A stretch of DNA of 50,082 bases from a virus. Taxonomy: Duplodnaviria; Heunggongvirae; Uroviricota; Caudoviricetes. The stretch is taken from positions 1 to 50,082 of IMG/VR virus record IMGVR_UViG_2703718827_000002; one strand, written 5' to 3'. The notes below the pieces were generated by a model. It did no database searches. It had not been told where the DNA came from and was given only the letters and a program-made list of their open reading frames with translations. Below are positions 37,232 through 45,761 of this stretch, in pieces; position 1 is the stretch's first letter, and each line of letters starts with the position of its first letter. The translations under genes and the position numbers were made by a program.

Positions 37232-37450
37232 TTACTCCGTTGTTTGTCCTGCTGGCTGTTCGGTCTGCTCTGCCGGTACTGGCGTAAACTGCACGCGCTT
37301 CACATCGGCCGGAGCGAAATAAAGCCACTCGCCCGTCTCTGTCGCCAGCGGCACAAAGCCATTAACCAACTCAGGCTGACGTCGTGACATCTTGCCCGTG
37401 AAGGTTTCGCCTGTTTGAGTGGTTAGCGTGATTTGGTAGATGTCGGACAT
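37232..37450 (-). CDS. Small hypothetical protein (72 aa)
   Basis: ATG 37450 with GAGGG RBS (track start 37462 is GTG). Confidence 0.4.
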   Translation of the reverse strand: MSDIYQITLTTQTGETFTGKMSRRQPELVNGFVPLATETGEWLYFAPADVKRVQFTPVPAEQTEQPAGQTTE

Positions 37451-37527
37451 GAAGACCCTCACAAGCCACTGTTGAAGAAAATGCCATCAGCATGGTGATG
37501 GCATTACAATTCAATAATATGGCTGTA

Positions 37528-38109
37528 TTATTTTGCAGTTTTGTATTCAATAAACCCGTCAAAAATCAGACTATCGATGGTCATCATTTTCGTAAGTTTT
37601 TCCATAACCTCAGGATTTTCTTGCATATCAACAAGCCATCTCCTCACGCCATTAGCTATATCATTACATAACTCAATAACATCTAATTGCAGAACACCAT
37701 TAAAAGCATTCATATGTGCATGAAGGTTTTCTCGCGCAGGGGTCGTTATCTTAAACTTCCTTAGCTTCGTTTCATCAACGCCTTCATGCAAACATGCATT
37801 CCTTAAACTCCAACAGTCTTCTGCAGTGAATGAGACTACGGGTTTTTGCGCCCTTAAGCTTTGCTTTATTCCTTCAGGCATGCTCTGAACCATTGCAGGG
37901 CTGGTGAGACTTAAATAGTCATACATGTTATCAGCGTTATATCTTGGCTTAAGATAGCGATTAAACCAGTCCTTGTACCTCGCGCCATTTCCTTTGATTT
38001 TATCCTCTGTCGCGCCACAGATGTCAGGAAGTGATATTGCTATGAATAAAGCACCAAACCAATTCTTTTTAGACAAGCAATCATCTATTCCACTCAGCAA
38101 CTGTTGCAT
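37528..38109 (-). CDS. Hypothetical protein (193 aa) with R-x4-H motif, insertion between lysis cassette and terminase
   Basis: ATG 38109 with AAGGTG RBS (track start 38190 is GTG overlapping Rz); visibly AT-rich; SLRNACLHEG contains R-x4-H; hairpin terminator downstream. Confidence 0.55.
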   Translation of the reverse strand: MQQLLSGIDDCLSKKNWFGALFIAISLPDICGATEDKIKGNGARYKDWFNRYLKPRYNADNMYDYLSLTSPAMVQSMPEGIKQSLRAQKPVVSFTAEDCWSLRNACLHEGVDETKLRKFKITTPARENLHAHMNAFNGVLQLDVIELCNDIANGVRRWLVDMQENPEVMEKLTKMMTIDSLIFDGFIEYKTAK

Positions 38110-38177
38110 ATATGAGCACCTTATTTTGTTGTAGACAGAGCCTACAATACAACCAGATGCAACTATTAAGAAAACCT

Positions 38178-38639
38178 TTACTTCAAGCACTGAGTGCTTA
38201 GATATTCCTGAAGATAGCCAACCTGCTTCATCACTGTGGCGATTCTTTCTCTGAGGGTGAAATAATCCCGTTCAGCGGAGTCAGTAAGTCGGGGGCCGGA
38301 AGCATCGCCCATGCCGCTGGAGCCGGTCGTTCCGTTCGCGGGACAGTTTGCGTTGAGCTGCAGCCGCTTACGGCCAGCAATGACATCGCTATGCAGACGC
38401 TCAATGGTTTCTTTCGCATCAGCTAGTTCTCCGGTGTATTTGGCATCCAGTGCAGCGACATCACGCTGGCGGGCCTGCATGTCTTTTATGGTGGTGTTAG
38501 CCAGGCTGAGTTTCTCAGTGGCTTTATCGCGCTGGTCTTTATAAGCGATGGCGTTGTCGCGGTAGTGGTTAATCGCCCAGGCCATGGAAACGAGCAGGCA
38601 GATAACGACAGCACAGATGATTGCTGTTAATCGGCTCAT
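38178..38639 (-). CDS. Rz-like inner-membrane spanin
   Basis: N-terminal TM helix, coiled-coil periplasmic domain, ATGA overlap with endolysin stop, embedded Rz1 ORF. Confidence 0.75.
   Translation of the reverse strand: MSRLTAIICAVVICLLVSMAWAINHYRDNAIAYKDQRDKATEKLSLANTTIKDMQARQRDVAALDAKYTGELADAKETIERLHSDVIAGRKRLQLNANCPANGTTGSSGMGDASGPRLTDSAERDYFTLRERIATVMKQVGYLQEYLSTQCLK
38231..38419 (-). CDS. Rz1-like outer-membrane lipoprotein spanin (embedded in Rz, +1 frame)
   Basis: [20 protein letters not shown] lipoprotein signal, Pro-rich mature peptide, fully nested in Rz. Confidence 0.7.
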   Translation of the reverse strand: MRKKPLSVCIAMSLLAVSGCSSTQTVPRTERPAPAAWAMLPAPDLLTPLNGIISPSEKESPQ

Positions 38640-39130
38640 TTCTGGCCCCACTCGCAAACTTCGCGCTCAATCTCGCGCCGGGTTATCAGTCCCTTCCACT
38701 GCTTGCCACCGGCATACGTCCAGCGTTGCAGTTCTTTGCATGCCCCCGGCACGTCTCCGGCGTTCAGCTTCTTCAGCAGCGTCGAGCTGGCAAAAGCACC
38801 AGAGCCAACGTTATAGGTGAAGGAGTAAAGCGCGGCGCGGGTTGGCTCAGGAATGCGAACCTTGATCAGCGGGTCGATAGCATTTGCCACCTTTCGCAGA
38901 TCGGCCTTCAGCATGTTGTCGCACTCTTTGTCGGTGTATCGGTGACCGCGGCGAATGTCCGCTCCGGTGTGCCCATCGCAAACAGTCCAGACGCCGACCA
39001 CATCCTGATAGGCGTAATAGCGCCGTCCTTCCAGCCCATCGGCATTGCCCAGCATTACTGCAGCAATGGTGATGGCTCCGGATCCGCCAACAATGGCACC
39101 CACCAGCTTATTCCTCAACGTTGGGTTCAT
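38636..39130 (-). CDS. SAR endolysin (GH24 lysozyme)
   Basis: N-terminal Gly/Ala-rich signal-anchor-release helix followed by T4-lysozyme-like core ([16 protein letters not shown]). Confidence 0.8.
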   Translation of the reverse strand: MNPTLRNKLVGAIVGGSGAITIAAVMLGNADGLEGRRYYAYQDVVGVWTVCDGHTGADIRRGHRYTDKECDNMLKADLRKVANAIDPLIKVRIPEPTRAALYSFTYNVGSGAFASSTLLKKLNAGDVPGACKELQRWTYAGGKQWKGLITRREIEREVCEWGQK

Positions 39131-39332
39131 CTCGGCTCCTGCTGCGGCGGTTGTCTTCGCGGATCTTGAAATAGAGATTCGTCAGATACGTCAGTACGGC
39201 AATGATGATACCCACCAGCACGCCGATAGCGTTCCACTGCTCGGGGCTGTAGGCATTAAGCATGCCGTTTAGGATGCTCCCGGCTGAAGCGCCATAGGCA
39301 GCACCAGTGGTTATTTTTTCCATGCGATACAT
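39108..39332 (-). CDS. Pinholin (S21-like) with dual start
   Basis: Resembles phage 21 S ([11 protein letters not shown]...[25 protein letters not shown]); Met1 and Met4 give a holin/antiholin dual-start motif. Confidence 0.8.
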   Translation of the reverse strand: MYRMEKITTGAAYGASAGSILNGMLNAYSPEQWNAIGVLVGIIIAVLTYLTNLYFKIREDNRRSRSRDEPNVEE

Positions 39333-39433
39333 GCTCTCACCTCGCGTAGTTAGCGGGTGCTGTTCGTGTAGTGGGAAAGGCCGTCAAACACGATAGCTAC
39401 GGGGCATCTGAAAGTGATTGTCTGCGGCCTGAA

Positions 39434-39457
39434 TAAAAAACCCGGCGACAGGCCGGG
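39434..39457 (-). terminator. Rho-independent terminator downstream of the tRNA (tR'-like position)
   Basis: On - strand: CCCGGCC-tgtc-GCCGGG followed by TTTTTT. Confidence 0.6.
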
Positions 39458-39511
39458 AAGATGAGGGTAAGGCAATGTCGGCTCTACGGCCTATCCCAGC
39501 TGGCGGGATTC

Positions 39512-39587
39512 TGGTGCTGATTGACGGAGTTGAACCGCCGACATCCTGCTTACAAGGCAGGCGCTCTACCTACTGAGCTAAATCAGC
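39512..39587 (-). tRNA. tRNA-Thr (anticodon TGT), phage-encoded
   Basis: Hand-folded cloverleaf: 7-bp acceptor stem GCTGATT/AATCAGC, D-arm GCTC/GAGC, anticodon arm CCTGC-CTTGTAA-GCAGG, T-arm GGCGG-TTCAACT-CCGTC, 3' ACCA; differs from recalled host tRNA-Thr. Confidence 0.8.
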
Positions 39588-39679
39588 CAATAAAAAAGCC
39601 CCGCACGATGGCGAGGCTGGTTATTCATTCATGTCACACACAACAATGGCAACATATACGAATTATTCTGCTCATTTGT

Positions 39680-40180
39680 TCATTGAAAAGCAAGCACGTT
39701 GTGAACATTTTTTGCAACTTTGTTCACATTATCGCGGCTGATAAAGGCATTTTGCAGCGGTTGATACAGGCAGAACAGTGCCGCGTTAAGTGTTTCCTTC
39801 ACCTCCCGGCGTATGGTGGATATGCTCGGGTGCTTATACTGATTCCCGCCACGCGTCTTCATCACTCGAGGTTTGCTCACAGCGTGCTGCCAGCTGGCGA
39901 TGCGGATCTCACTGGAGTTGCAGACGTAATAGGCGAAGACAACACGCCAGGCGTTCTCGTCGATATTTTTCAGGTAATGGCGCAGCACTGCGTCAATCAG
40001 CATACCGTCGTCGTCGCTACATACCGGGCGAGATGCCTGCTGCGGTTCGACGGTCGCCATAAACTTGGCAATCATGTTGATCATCGCCTTGTCTATCTTC
40101 CCGGTCTGCGACCATGCACCCCACAACTGGAGCCACTGATCAATCCACTGATGCTGCTCGTTGGTTAATTCCAGTTTCAT
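39680..40180 (-). CDS. Late-gene antiterminator Q
   Basis: LWGAW...SRPVCSDDDGMLID...AYYV motifs typical of Q-family antiterminators; position upstream of the lysis cassette. Confidence 0.7.
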   Translation of the reverse strand: MKLELTNEQHQWIDQWLQLWGAWSQTGKIDKAMINMIAKFMATVEPQQASRPVCSDDDGMLIDAVLRHYLKNIDENAWRVVFAYYVCNSSEIRIASWQHAVSKPRVMKTRGGNQYKHPSISTIRREVKETLNAALFCLYQPLQNAFISRDNVNKVAKNVHNVLAFQ

Positions 40181-40293
40181 GCGGCCTCCTTCTTTGGCTG
40201 GTTGGTTTTGGTCTGGCTGTGCTTTGCTATTGGCGGCAGACTGGCGCGCTTAACGCTTTCGGCCTGGTATCTGGCTATCTGGTCACTGGTCAT
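40177..40293 (-). CDS. Small ORF (38 aa) coupled to Q
   Basis: ATGA/TGATG overlaps with both neighbours; low-information sequence. Confidence 0.25.
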   Translation of the reverse strand: MTSDQIARYQAESVKRASLPPIAKHSQTKTNQPKKEAA

Positions 40294-40505
40294 CAAATCG
40301 CCCTCGGCCTAGTTACGCACACAGAAATTCGGTAATGCTCACCTGCATCAAATACGAATCCTTTTGCGTAAGTGGATAGCCCATCAGATACCGTCTTCCT
40401 TGCTAGCCTGTCAGCCGCGTGTTGTGCCTGCCTCTTGCTCATCCTGATAGCGTTAAAATCGGCGTCCGTCAGCGGGCCACCTATGCCGAAAACTGGCTTT
40501 ATCAT
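40293..40505 (-). CDS. Hypothetical nin-region protein (70 aa)
   Basis: ATG overlaps NinG stop (ATGA). Confidence 0.4.
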   Translation of the reverse strand: MIKPVFGIGGPLTDADFNAIRMSKRQAQHAADRLARKTVSDGLSTYAKGFVFDAGEHYRISVCVTRPRAI

Positions 40506-41134
40506 GCTGCCTCCTGTTGACGGGCGCGGCGCTTCTCCAGCGCGCGGGCTTTACGGGTGAAAATGGATTTGATGCGTTGCAGGTATTGGATGTCGAACCG
40601 GCGGACGGAGTTATCGTTGTTTATCGCCTCAACTTTTTCGGCACCGATGCGCTCGATAAGGCCCTGTTCAAATGCCTTTTGCGCGCCGTCCCGATCCCGG
40701 TTGCAATAGACACACTGGGCAGCGGTATTGTGAAGGTTGAAAGCCAGATGCGCGGCAGCGCCACGGGTGCGATAGTGTCCGCAGTCCATGGTTCCGCCAA
40801 ACTTCTGCTCTGGCAGCCTGCCGCAGCTGATGCACGGCTTACCTGCATCCCTCAGACGGACGTACCGGTTGAATGCCGCCTGCGCTTCCGATCTCCACTG
40901 CGGTTTCGTTTTTAGCGCCACCTTTCTCGCTTTCAGATCCCGGCGTTCCGCGCGCTCTTTCTCTTTGCGCTCCTTGATGCGCTTAGCCGCGGCTTTAACC
41001 TTCTCCTTTTCGCGCTCCTCCATCGCGAGGATTGCGCCGTGCTCCGGACAGCACCAGCGGATCCGGATGTCGTGGAATTTCGGCACGAAGTATTCACCGC
41101 ATACTTTGCACTTACGGCGGGATGGTTTACGCAT
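40502..41134 (-). CDS. ninG: NinG / Rap recombination-associated protein
   Basis: [11 protein letters not shown]...PCISCG...CNRDR zinc-binding motifs and C-terminal similarity to lambda NinG; ATG 41134 with AAGGTGG RBS. Confidence 0.8.
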   Translation of the reverse strand: MRKPSRRKCKVCGEYFVPKFHDIRIRWCCPEHGAILAMEEREKEKVKAAAKRIKERKEKERAERRDLKARKVALKTKPQWRSEAQAAFNRYVRLRDAGKPCISCGRLPEQKFGGTMDCGHYRTRGAAAHLAFNLHNTAAQCVYCNRDRDGAQKAFEQGLIERIGAEKVEAINNDNSVRRFDIQYLQRIKSIFTRKARALEKRRARQQEAA

Positions 41135-41795
41135 GGGCACCACCTTGAACCTGTACCAGCGTGAGGTTTCCGCAGAACACGGCACCGGTATCGATGTACA
41201 TCTGGTTGGCATACTTCAGGGGCTGGCGCGCTGGGGTGTGTCCGAAGATAAACAGATCAGCACCGGATATCGGCGAGACAATGCCGTCCTGAGCGTCGCT
41301 AACCCGCTCACGATTCCAGATGACCATTTCTTTCGGCACTGGCTTATCAAATTCATATTCGTTGTGCGGGTAGTCAGCGTGACAGATGACTATTTTTCGA
41401 TCGGAGGTAACCAACTCGATGATGAGTGGTAACTCAGCCGCTTTGTGAACCAGAGCCTTAGCCAGCACTTCTTTGTCATAGTCGAGATTGAAGAACCAAC
41501 CGCCACCATTTACCAGCCAGTGATTGACGTTTCCATACTCCGACAGCCCATCAATCATCATCTGCTCATGGTTTCCTCGCACAGCCCGGAGCCAAGGCAT
41601 AGTAATCAACTCCAGGCACTCGACGTTTTCCGCGCCGCGGTCAACAAGGTCTCCAACCGAAATCAGCAAATCACACGCAGGGTCGAACGAAACTTTTTCG
41701 AGCTCATTCATCAGCAGCGTGTAGCACCCATGCAGATCGCCGACGACGAAAATATTGCGCCATTCAGCGCCATTAATGCGTTGATACATGCTCAT
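41127..41795 (-). CDS. Ser/Thr protein phosphatase (lambda PPase / NinI-like)
   Basis: GDLHGC, GDLVDRG, GNHE metallophosphatase motifs; collinear with recalled lambda phosphatase from MSMYQRI. Confidence 0.85.
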   Translation of the reverse strand: MSMYQRINGAEWRNIFVVGDLHGCYTLLMNELEKVSFDPACDLLISVGDLVDRGAENVECLELITMPWLRAVRGNHEQMMIDGLSEYGNVNHWLVNGGGWFFNLDYDKEVLAKALVHKAAELPLIIELVTSDRKIVICHADYPHNEYEFDKPVPKEMVIWNRERVSDAQDGIVSPISGADLFIFGHTPARQPLKYANQMYIDTGAVFCGNLTLVQVQGGAHA

Positions 41796-41962
41796 GCAGA
41801 TTTTCTCCTCGCCGCGAGACGCAGCCATTTCTGATCCACCAGACGGGCGGTGTAGCCCTTCAGTGTCGGGATGTCGGACGGCTTAACCGCAGGCTTACGC
41901 TGGCGGCGCGCAGGAACGCGGAATATTTCGTTTGTGATGATGCGGGAAAGTGGAGTAGACAT
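41792..41962 (-). CDS. Small nin-region protein (56 aa)
   Basis: Uninterrupted ORF coupled to NinB stop and phosphatase start; below track cutoff. Confidence 0.35.
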   Translation of the reverse strand: MSTPLSRIITNEIFRVPARRQRKPAVKPSDIPTLKGYTARLVDQKWLRLAARRKSA

Positions 41963-42417
41963 CAGGCCTCCTGCTTATCGCGCAGCTGCTGGTATTCACA
42001 GCTCTGCGGAATGGTCAGGTGGCAGCCGATATTCATCGCCCAGGCTTCGACCTTGCACAGGAAGATGTACATTTCGCCAGTTTCCAGATCAGACGTATGG
42101 CGGAGGGATTGGACGGTGGTGACCTCGCCGGACACGACGTCTACACGGTCTTTGCTTTCGTAGCCGAGATAGGTGTGCTTCATCGCGTCTTTGACCCACT
42201 CAGGCGTAGCGAAGGTCTTGCCGCGGGCGATGAGGTACTCGCTGATTTCCGTGTACCACATGTGGCTGAGCGCGTTCTGTGACAGGCTGCGCTTCTCTCG
42301 CCACGGCTTAACCTGCAGGCGGAAGCACTGCCCGGCATCCAGCAATGGCTGAATCTGCTGGCCGATGGCCGCGAAGTTGCCACGATGGAGTTTGATACCG
42401 TCTACTGGCAGAGTCAT
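41962..42417 (-). CDS. ninB: NinB (Orf) recombination mediator
   Basis: REKRSLSQNALSHMWYTEISE resembles the NinB RSLDQN...W motif; position at start of nin region. Confidence 0.7.
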   Translation of the reverse strand: MTLPVDGIKLHRGNFAAIGQQIQPLLDAGQCFRLQVKPWREKRSLSQNALSHMWYTEISEYLIARGKTFATPEWVKDAMKHTYLGYESKDRVDVVSGEVTTVQSLRHTSDLETGEMYIFLCKVEAWAMNIGCHLTIPQSCEYQQLRDKQEA

Positions 42418-42597
42418 ACGGCCTCCTTAACGGAAACCGCAGAATGCAGAAAATCGCAGGTGCATTTCTGCATCTGTGACAATGTGAGGAGTTCAGATTG
42501 TGGTCGCATTTAAGTCCCCTTAAATGCGCAGAAGTCACCAATGGGTGTTCAGACCATCAGCAAAGAAAGTATGGACGGTTGATTCAACAAAATCAAC

Positions 42598-42623
42598 TGA
42601 AGAGAAAGGCCTCCGGAGAGGCC
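42598..42623 (-). terminator. Rho-independent terminator (tR2-like position upstream of nin region)
   Basis: On - strand: GGCCTC-TCCG-GAGGCC followed by TTTCTCTTC. Confidence 0.55.
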
Positions 42624-42629
42624 AATGAG

Positions 42630-42911
42630 TTAGTCGTCCACGCGTTTAAAGCACTGCGGGCAAACATCATTTCCACCGTGTTCTTCGTATGCGCTTTTAA
42701 CAGCATCAGTCATCTCTTTAAAGCTTTCGAATAGATGACTACCGTTGCTTTTTTTATAAGCTCCGGCTGCGTATTTGTAGATGTCGGACTCTTCTATGCC
42801 CTCATCAACATAAGTGCCCTCATGATGAGGGCACTGCGTTAAAGCGCCAACCCTACCAAGCATCTCCAATGCCCAACACTCTTGTTTCATGCAAAGTTGA
42901 TCGATACTCAT
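42630..42911 (-). CDS. Cys-rich hypothetical protein (93 aa)
   Basis: ATG 42911 with AGGAGG RBS (track start 43004); paired CxxC motifs. Confidence 0.5.
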   Translation of the reverse strand: MSIDQLCMKQECWALEMLGRVGALTQCPHHEGTYVDEGIEESDIYKYAAGAYKKSNGSHLFESFKEMTDAVKSAYEEHGGNDVCPQCFKRVDD

Positions 42912-43177
42912 AACGCCTCCTGTTGGTTTTACATCGCCAAATGAATGTACCACCATGCAAGAGGAAATGAAGCAGTTAAATTGTAAAACATGTGTATATA
43001 TCAATGAGTTAAAATAGTTTGCTATTTTTCTTACAGCCTTGCTGCGTCGAATGGGTTAGGCATGGCGACCTCTACACGAGCTGAAAATATAAGCCGCTAC
43101 AGCCAAATCCTGAATTGCTGTTATTGCCAGCATCCAACCATAAATGCTGTCATTGAAATGCCACGCCAGCGCTGTAA

Positions 43178-43393
43178 TCACGGCTTCACCTCCTTAGCCG
43201 TTTTGACGATTGCAGCGAGGCACTTCTTGCATGGAACCTGCAATGAACCCTGCTCAATGCTCAACAGTGCATGCTGAGCGTCCTGAAACAACCAGTCAGA
43301 AAATTGAGGCTTATGTCCGCACCATGTTTCTGTTTCATGCTTCGCAAGTTTTACGCCGTCACGATAGTCATATTTGATGATGTGATTACTCAC
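43178..43393 (-). CDS. Hypothetical protein (71 aa)
   Basis: ORF with coupled start. Confidence 0.4.
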   Translation of the reverse strand: MSNHIIKYDYRDGVKLAKHETETWCGHKPQFSDWLFQDAQHALLSIEQGSLQVPCKKCLAAIVKTAKEVKP

Positions 43394-43689
43394 GGCTGTA
43401 CCTCCTGCTGCGGTGCTGCAATTAGTTCTAGCGTGAAGCCGTCTTGCTTAAGACTATCAATGTAAGCCGCAGTTCTCCTGCGCTCGCCAGCACATGCCAG
43501 CGTTTCTGGGTCGTAAAACCACACCTTCATTCGGCTATTCCATGCAGAAATTGCTTCAGCCTTATTGCGCTTTAATGGCCCATGAGCACCACATTTGCAG
43601 TGGACGTAGCGCTTCTTTCCCATAATACTGAATGAGTAGCCAATACCAAGCGCTGTCGATTCGCAAAATGGGCAGAGTAGTGGAGTCAT
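43390..43689 (-). CDS. Lar-family restriction alleviation protein
   Basis: LCPFCES...HCKCGAHGP...AISAWNSR zinc-ribbon pattern characteristic of the Lar family. Confidence 0.6.
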   Translation of the reverse strand: MTPLLCPFCESTALGIGYSFSIMGKKRYVHCKCGAHGPLKRNKAEAISAWNSRMKVWFYDPETLACAGERRRTAAYIDSLKQDGFTLELIAAPQQEVQP

Positions 43690-44390
43690 TTATCCTCCTG
43701 CTGAGGTGCTGCTGAAGATGCAAAAATATCAATCAGCGTATCTTCTCCCATGCTATTGCAATGAGCCTGAAGCCTATTGATGATTGCCTGAAGAGCAAAC
43801 TTCGGAACCATATTTTCCTTACCTATCTGCGGGCAGTTTTCGGTACCGAACCAAAATTGCTCGATCTGCAGCAGCAGACCATTTTTGCCTTCAGTTGCAC
43901 TGAATACGCCGAACGCTTCAATGTCGTATGCTTTCGCAATCACAGGAGAGTTGCCATCGGCACCCTGAAGCATGGCGGCGCGGCGCTCCCAGTCAGCTAT
44001 TGCGGCTGAATGTTCCATCGAGTCGTCGCCAAACTCAGCATGTGCGCACTCGTCTGCCGCATTGGCGGCAGTTTTCGCAATCGTCAAGAGATCTGACAGG
44101 AGCGAATCAGATATCGGTGCTGGCGGGGCGGTGTAAAGCGGCTCACATTCCCAGCCTTGCTTTTGCCAGGATGCCAGGACATTTTTTGAATCTGTCAGAA
44201 GGCCGTGATTCTCGTAATAAAGCGATCGCCACGCCACAGGATCCGCTTCGAGAGATGCCAGCGCGATACGAAACACCTCTGCAGTCATGCTGCGAGGCGA
44301 CTGATTGTCATGCGCTGGGTCGGTAAGGAAGCCAGTAATAAACGCCTTCAATTGCTGATTGTGAATATCGCGTTTGTCGATGTTGCTCAT
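43686..44390 (-). CDS. Hypothetical phage protein (234 aa)
   Basis: ATG 44390 with GGAGGA RBS (track start 44405 is TTG). Confidence 0.5.
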   Translation of the reverse strand: MSNIDKRDIHNQQLKAFITGFLTDPAHDNQSPRSMTAEVFRIALASLEADPVAWRSLYYENHGLLTDSKNVLASWQKQGWECEPLYTAPPAPISDSLLSDLLTIAKTAANAADECAHAEFGDDSMEHSAAIADWERRAAMLQGADGNSPVIAKAYDIEAFGVFSATEGKNGLLLQIEQFWFGTENCPQIGKENMVPKFALQAIINRLQAHCNSMGEDTLIDIFASSAAPQQEDK

Positions 44391-45034
44391 TGGGCGGTCC
44401 TCCAACCTTCACATTCAATGTCACTGCAGCCATCGAAATCGTATGGATTTAGCTGCCAGCTAATCTTTCCGCAGCAAGGGCAATTCCAGCGAACCTTACC
44501 GCTGCGTGATTTTTTTCGGTTGTGCTTTTTCAGCCACTCAGGCATGACAAGCCCTGCCGCCTGAACCATGGTGCGTCGGTTAAACTCATTGATGCTGAAC
44601 GTGCGGCGCTTAGCCTTGTCAGCTAAAGCAAAAGGAATCCAGACAATGCCAGGCTCTGCCGTGTTGGCGGATACAAAAACGAATGCCTTACTGAAGTCGT
44701 CAGTTGGAAGGCCTCCATGTTGCAACCAGTACACATCGTTACCGTTCCAACTGCCTTTTTTGTAGGCCACATAGGACTCACAGCCAGGCTCAATAACACT
44801 TTCGGTAGGTATGTACTGACAATCGACATGCCAGACAGCCATGGAATCAACACTGTCAGCGCAAACCGGCTGATCAATCTCTCTACCCAATTCCCAGCTT
44901 CTTTGAGCTTCTTCACGGGTGTACACGTGGGCGCGGTCTATATTGGAGCTATATCCGTTGCCGTTGTGGCAGTGGGATGACGCGTTACTGCCAACCGTTT
45001 CGCGAGTACAAAGCATGTAAAATCTATCGCTCAT
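44387..45034 (-). CDS. Hypothetical protein with C-terminal zinc ribbon (215 aa)
   Basis: WNCPCCGKISW...CSDIECEGW near C-terminus; coupled starts. Confidence 0.5.
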   Translation of the reverse strand: MSDRFYMLCTRETVGSNASSHCHNGNGYSSNIDRAHVYTREEAQRSWELGREIDQPVCADSVDSMAVWHVDCQYIPTESVIEPGCESYVAYKKGSWNGNDVYWLQHGGLPTDDFSKAFVFVSANTAEPGIVWIPFALADKAKRRTFSINEFNRRTMVQAAGLVMPEWLKKHNRKKSRSGKVRWNCPCCGKISWQLNPYDFDGCSDIECEGWRTAQ

Positions 45035-45465
45035 GACTGCACTCCTTTGCGAAGCTCGTCGGCGAAGTTCTCAGCATCTGCGGCCATGCCAGCAGCCTCT
45101 TCAGACATCCTCATGCTTCGGCTACGCAGAGCCTGCTGTCGTTCTCGCTTATGTGCGGCAAACATCTCCACACCCTGCGCCCGCACTTCAGCCAGGAAAG
45201 CGTCGGTGGCTGGGGTTTTGACCTTATTCGCAGCGAACTCAATTTTTTCTTTCGTGTCTCTGCCGATTTCGCTTGAGCCCAACTTTCCGATGAAGCTAAC
45301 GATTTGGTCAGGGAACTGCTTCAGCCCCGCATTCTCCGCAGCCAGCGCAGCGAATGTGGTTTCAAACACGTTAAGCAGAGTCGTAACTTCTGCCGGTGAC
45401 ATGTGCTCACCACATTCTGCATTCACCCTGGCGTTTTTAATCAGATCTTCGTATTTGTTGCTCAT
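45031..45465 (-). CDS. Hypothetical protein (144 aa)
   Basis: ATG 45465 overlapping upstream stop (track ORF extends to 45687). Confidence 0.45.
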   Translation of the reverse strand: MSNKYEDLIKNARVNAECGEHMSPAEVTTLLNVFETTFAALAAENAGLKQFPDQIVSFIGKLGSSEIGRDTKEKIEFAANKVKTPATDAFLAEVRAQGVEMFAAHKRERQQALRSRSMRMSEEAAGMAADAENFADELRKGVQS

Positions 45466-45761
45466 ACCCCTACCCTCCCCCAAACCATCAATACTCGCTT
45501 CATCGCCGCGCTGTTGCGGCACTCCTGAAATATTCCGTTGGTGCAGCTGCGCGCGGTACCATCTTGCTCTTCCGGCGTCGCCAGGCGGTAAGTCACCGTT
45601 CGCCAGACCTTGCTCACGCGCACAATCTTCCTGGCCCGCTCCAGATCGATAGCGTTCTTGGTGATGCAGTTGATGGTCATGACGCACTCTGTGGCCACAT
45701 CCTTCGCAGTGAAGGTCCGGTGCGTTTCGAGATAACGCAGAATTGCCTGTTTGCCTTTCAT
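45462..45761 (-). CDS. Small DNA-binding-like protein (99 aa)
   Basis: Start overlaps helicase stop (TGATG). Confidence 0.45.
   Translation of the reverse strand: MKGKQAILRYLETHRTFTAKDVATECVMTINCITKNAIDLERARKIVRVSKVWRTVTYRLATPEEQDGTARSCTNGIFQECRNSAAMKRVLMVWGRVGV

Noticed and set aside
39333-39679. Possible toxin cargo (stx-like) or a second tRNA between Q and the holin gene
   Set aside because: The interval is only about 350 bp and is accounted for by one tRNA and a terminator; the partial tRNA-like stretch at 39470-39511 does not fold into a cloverleaf.
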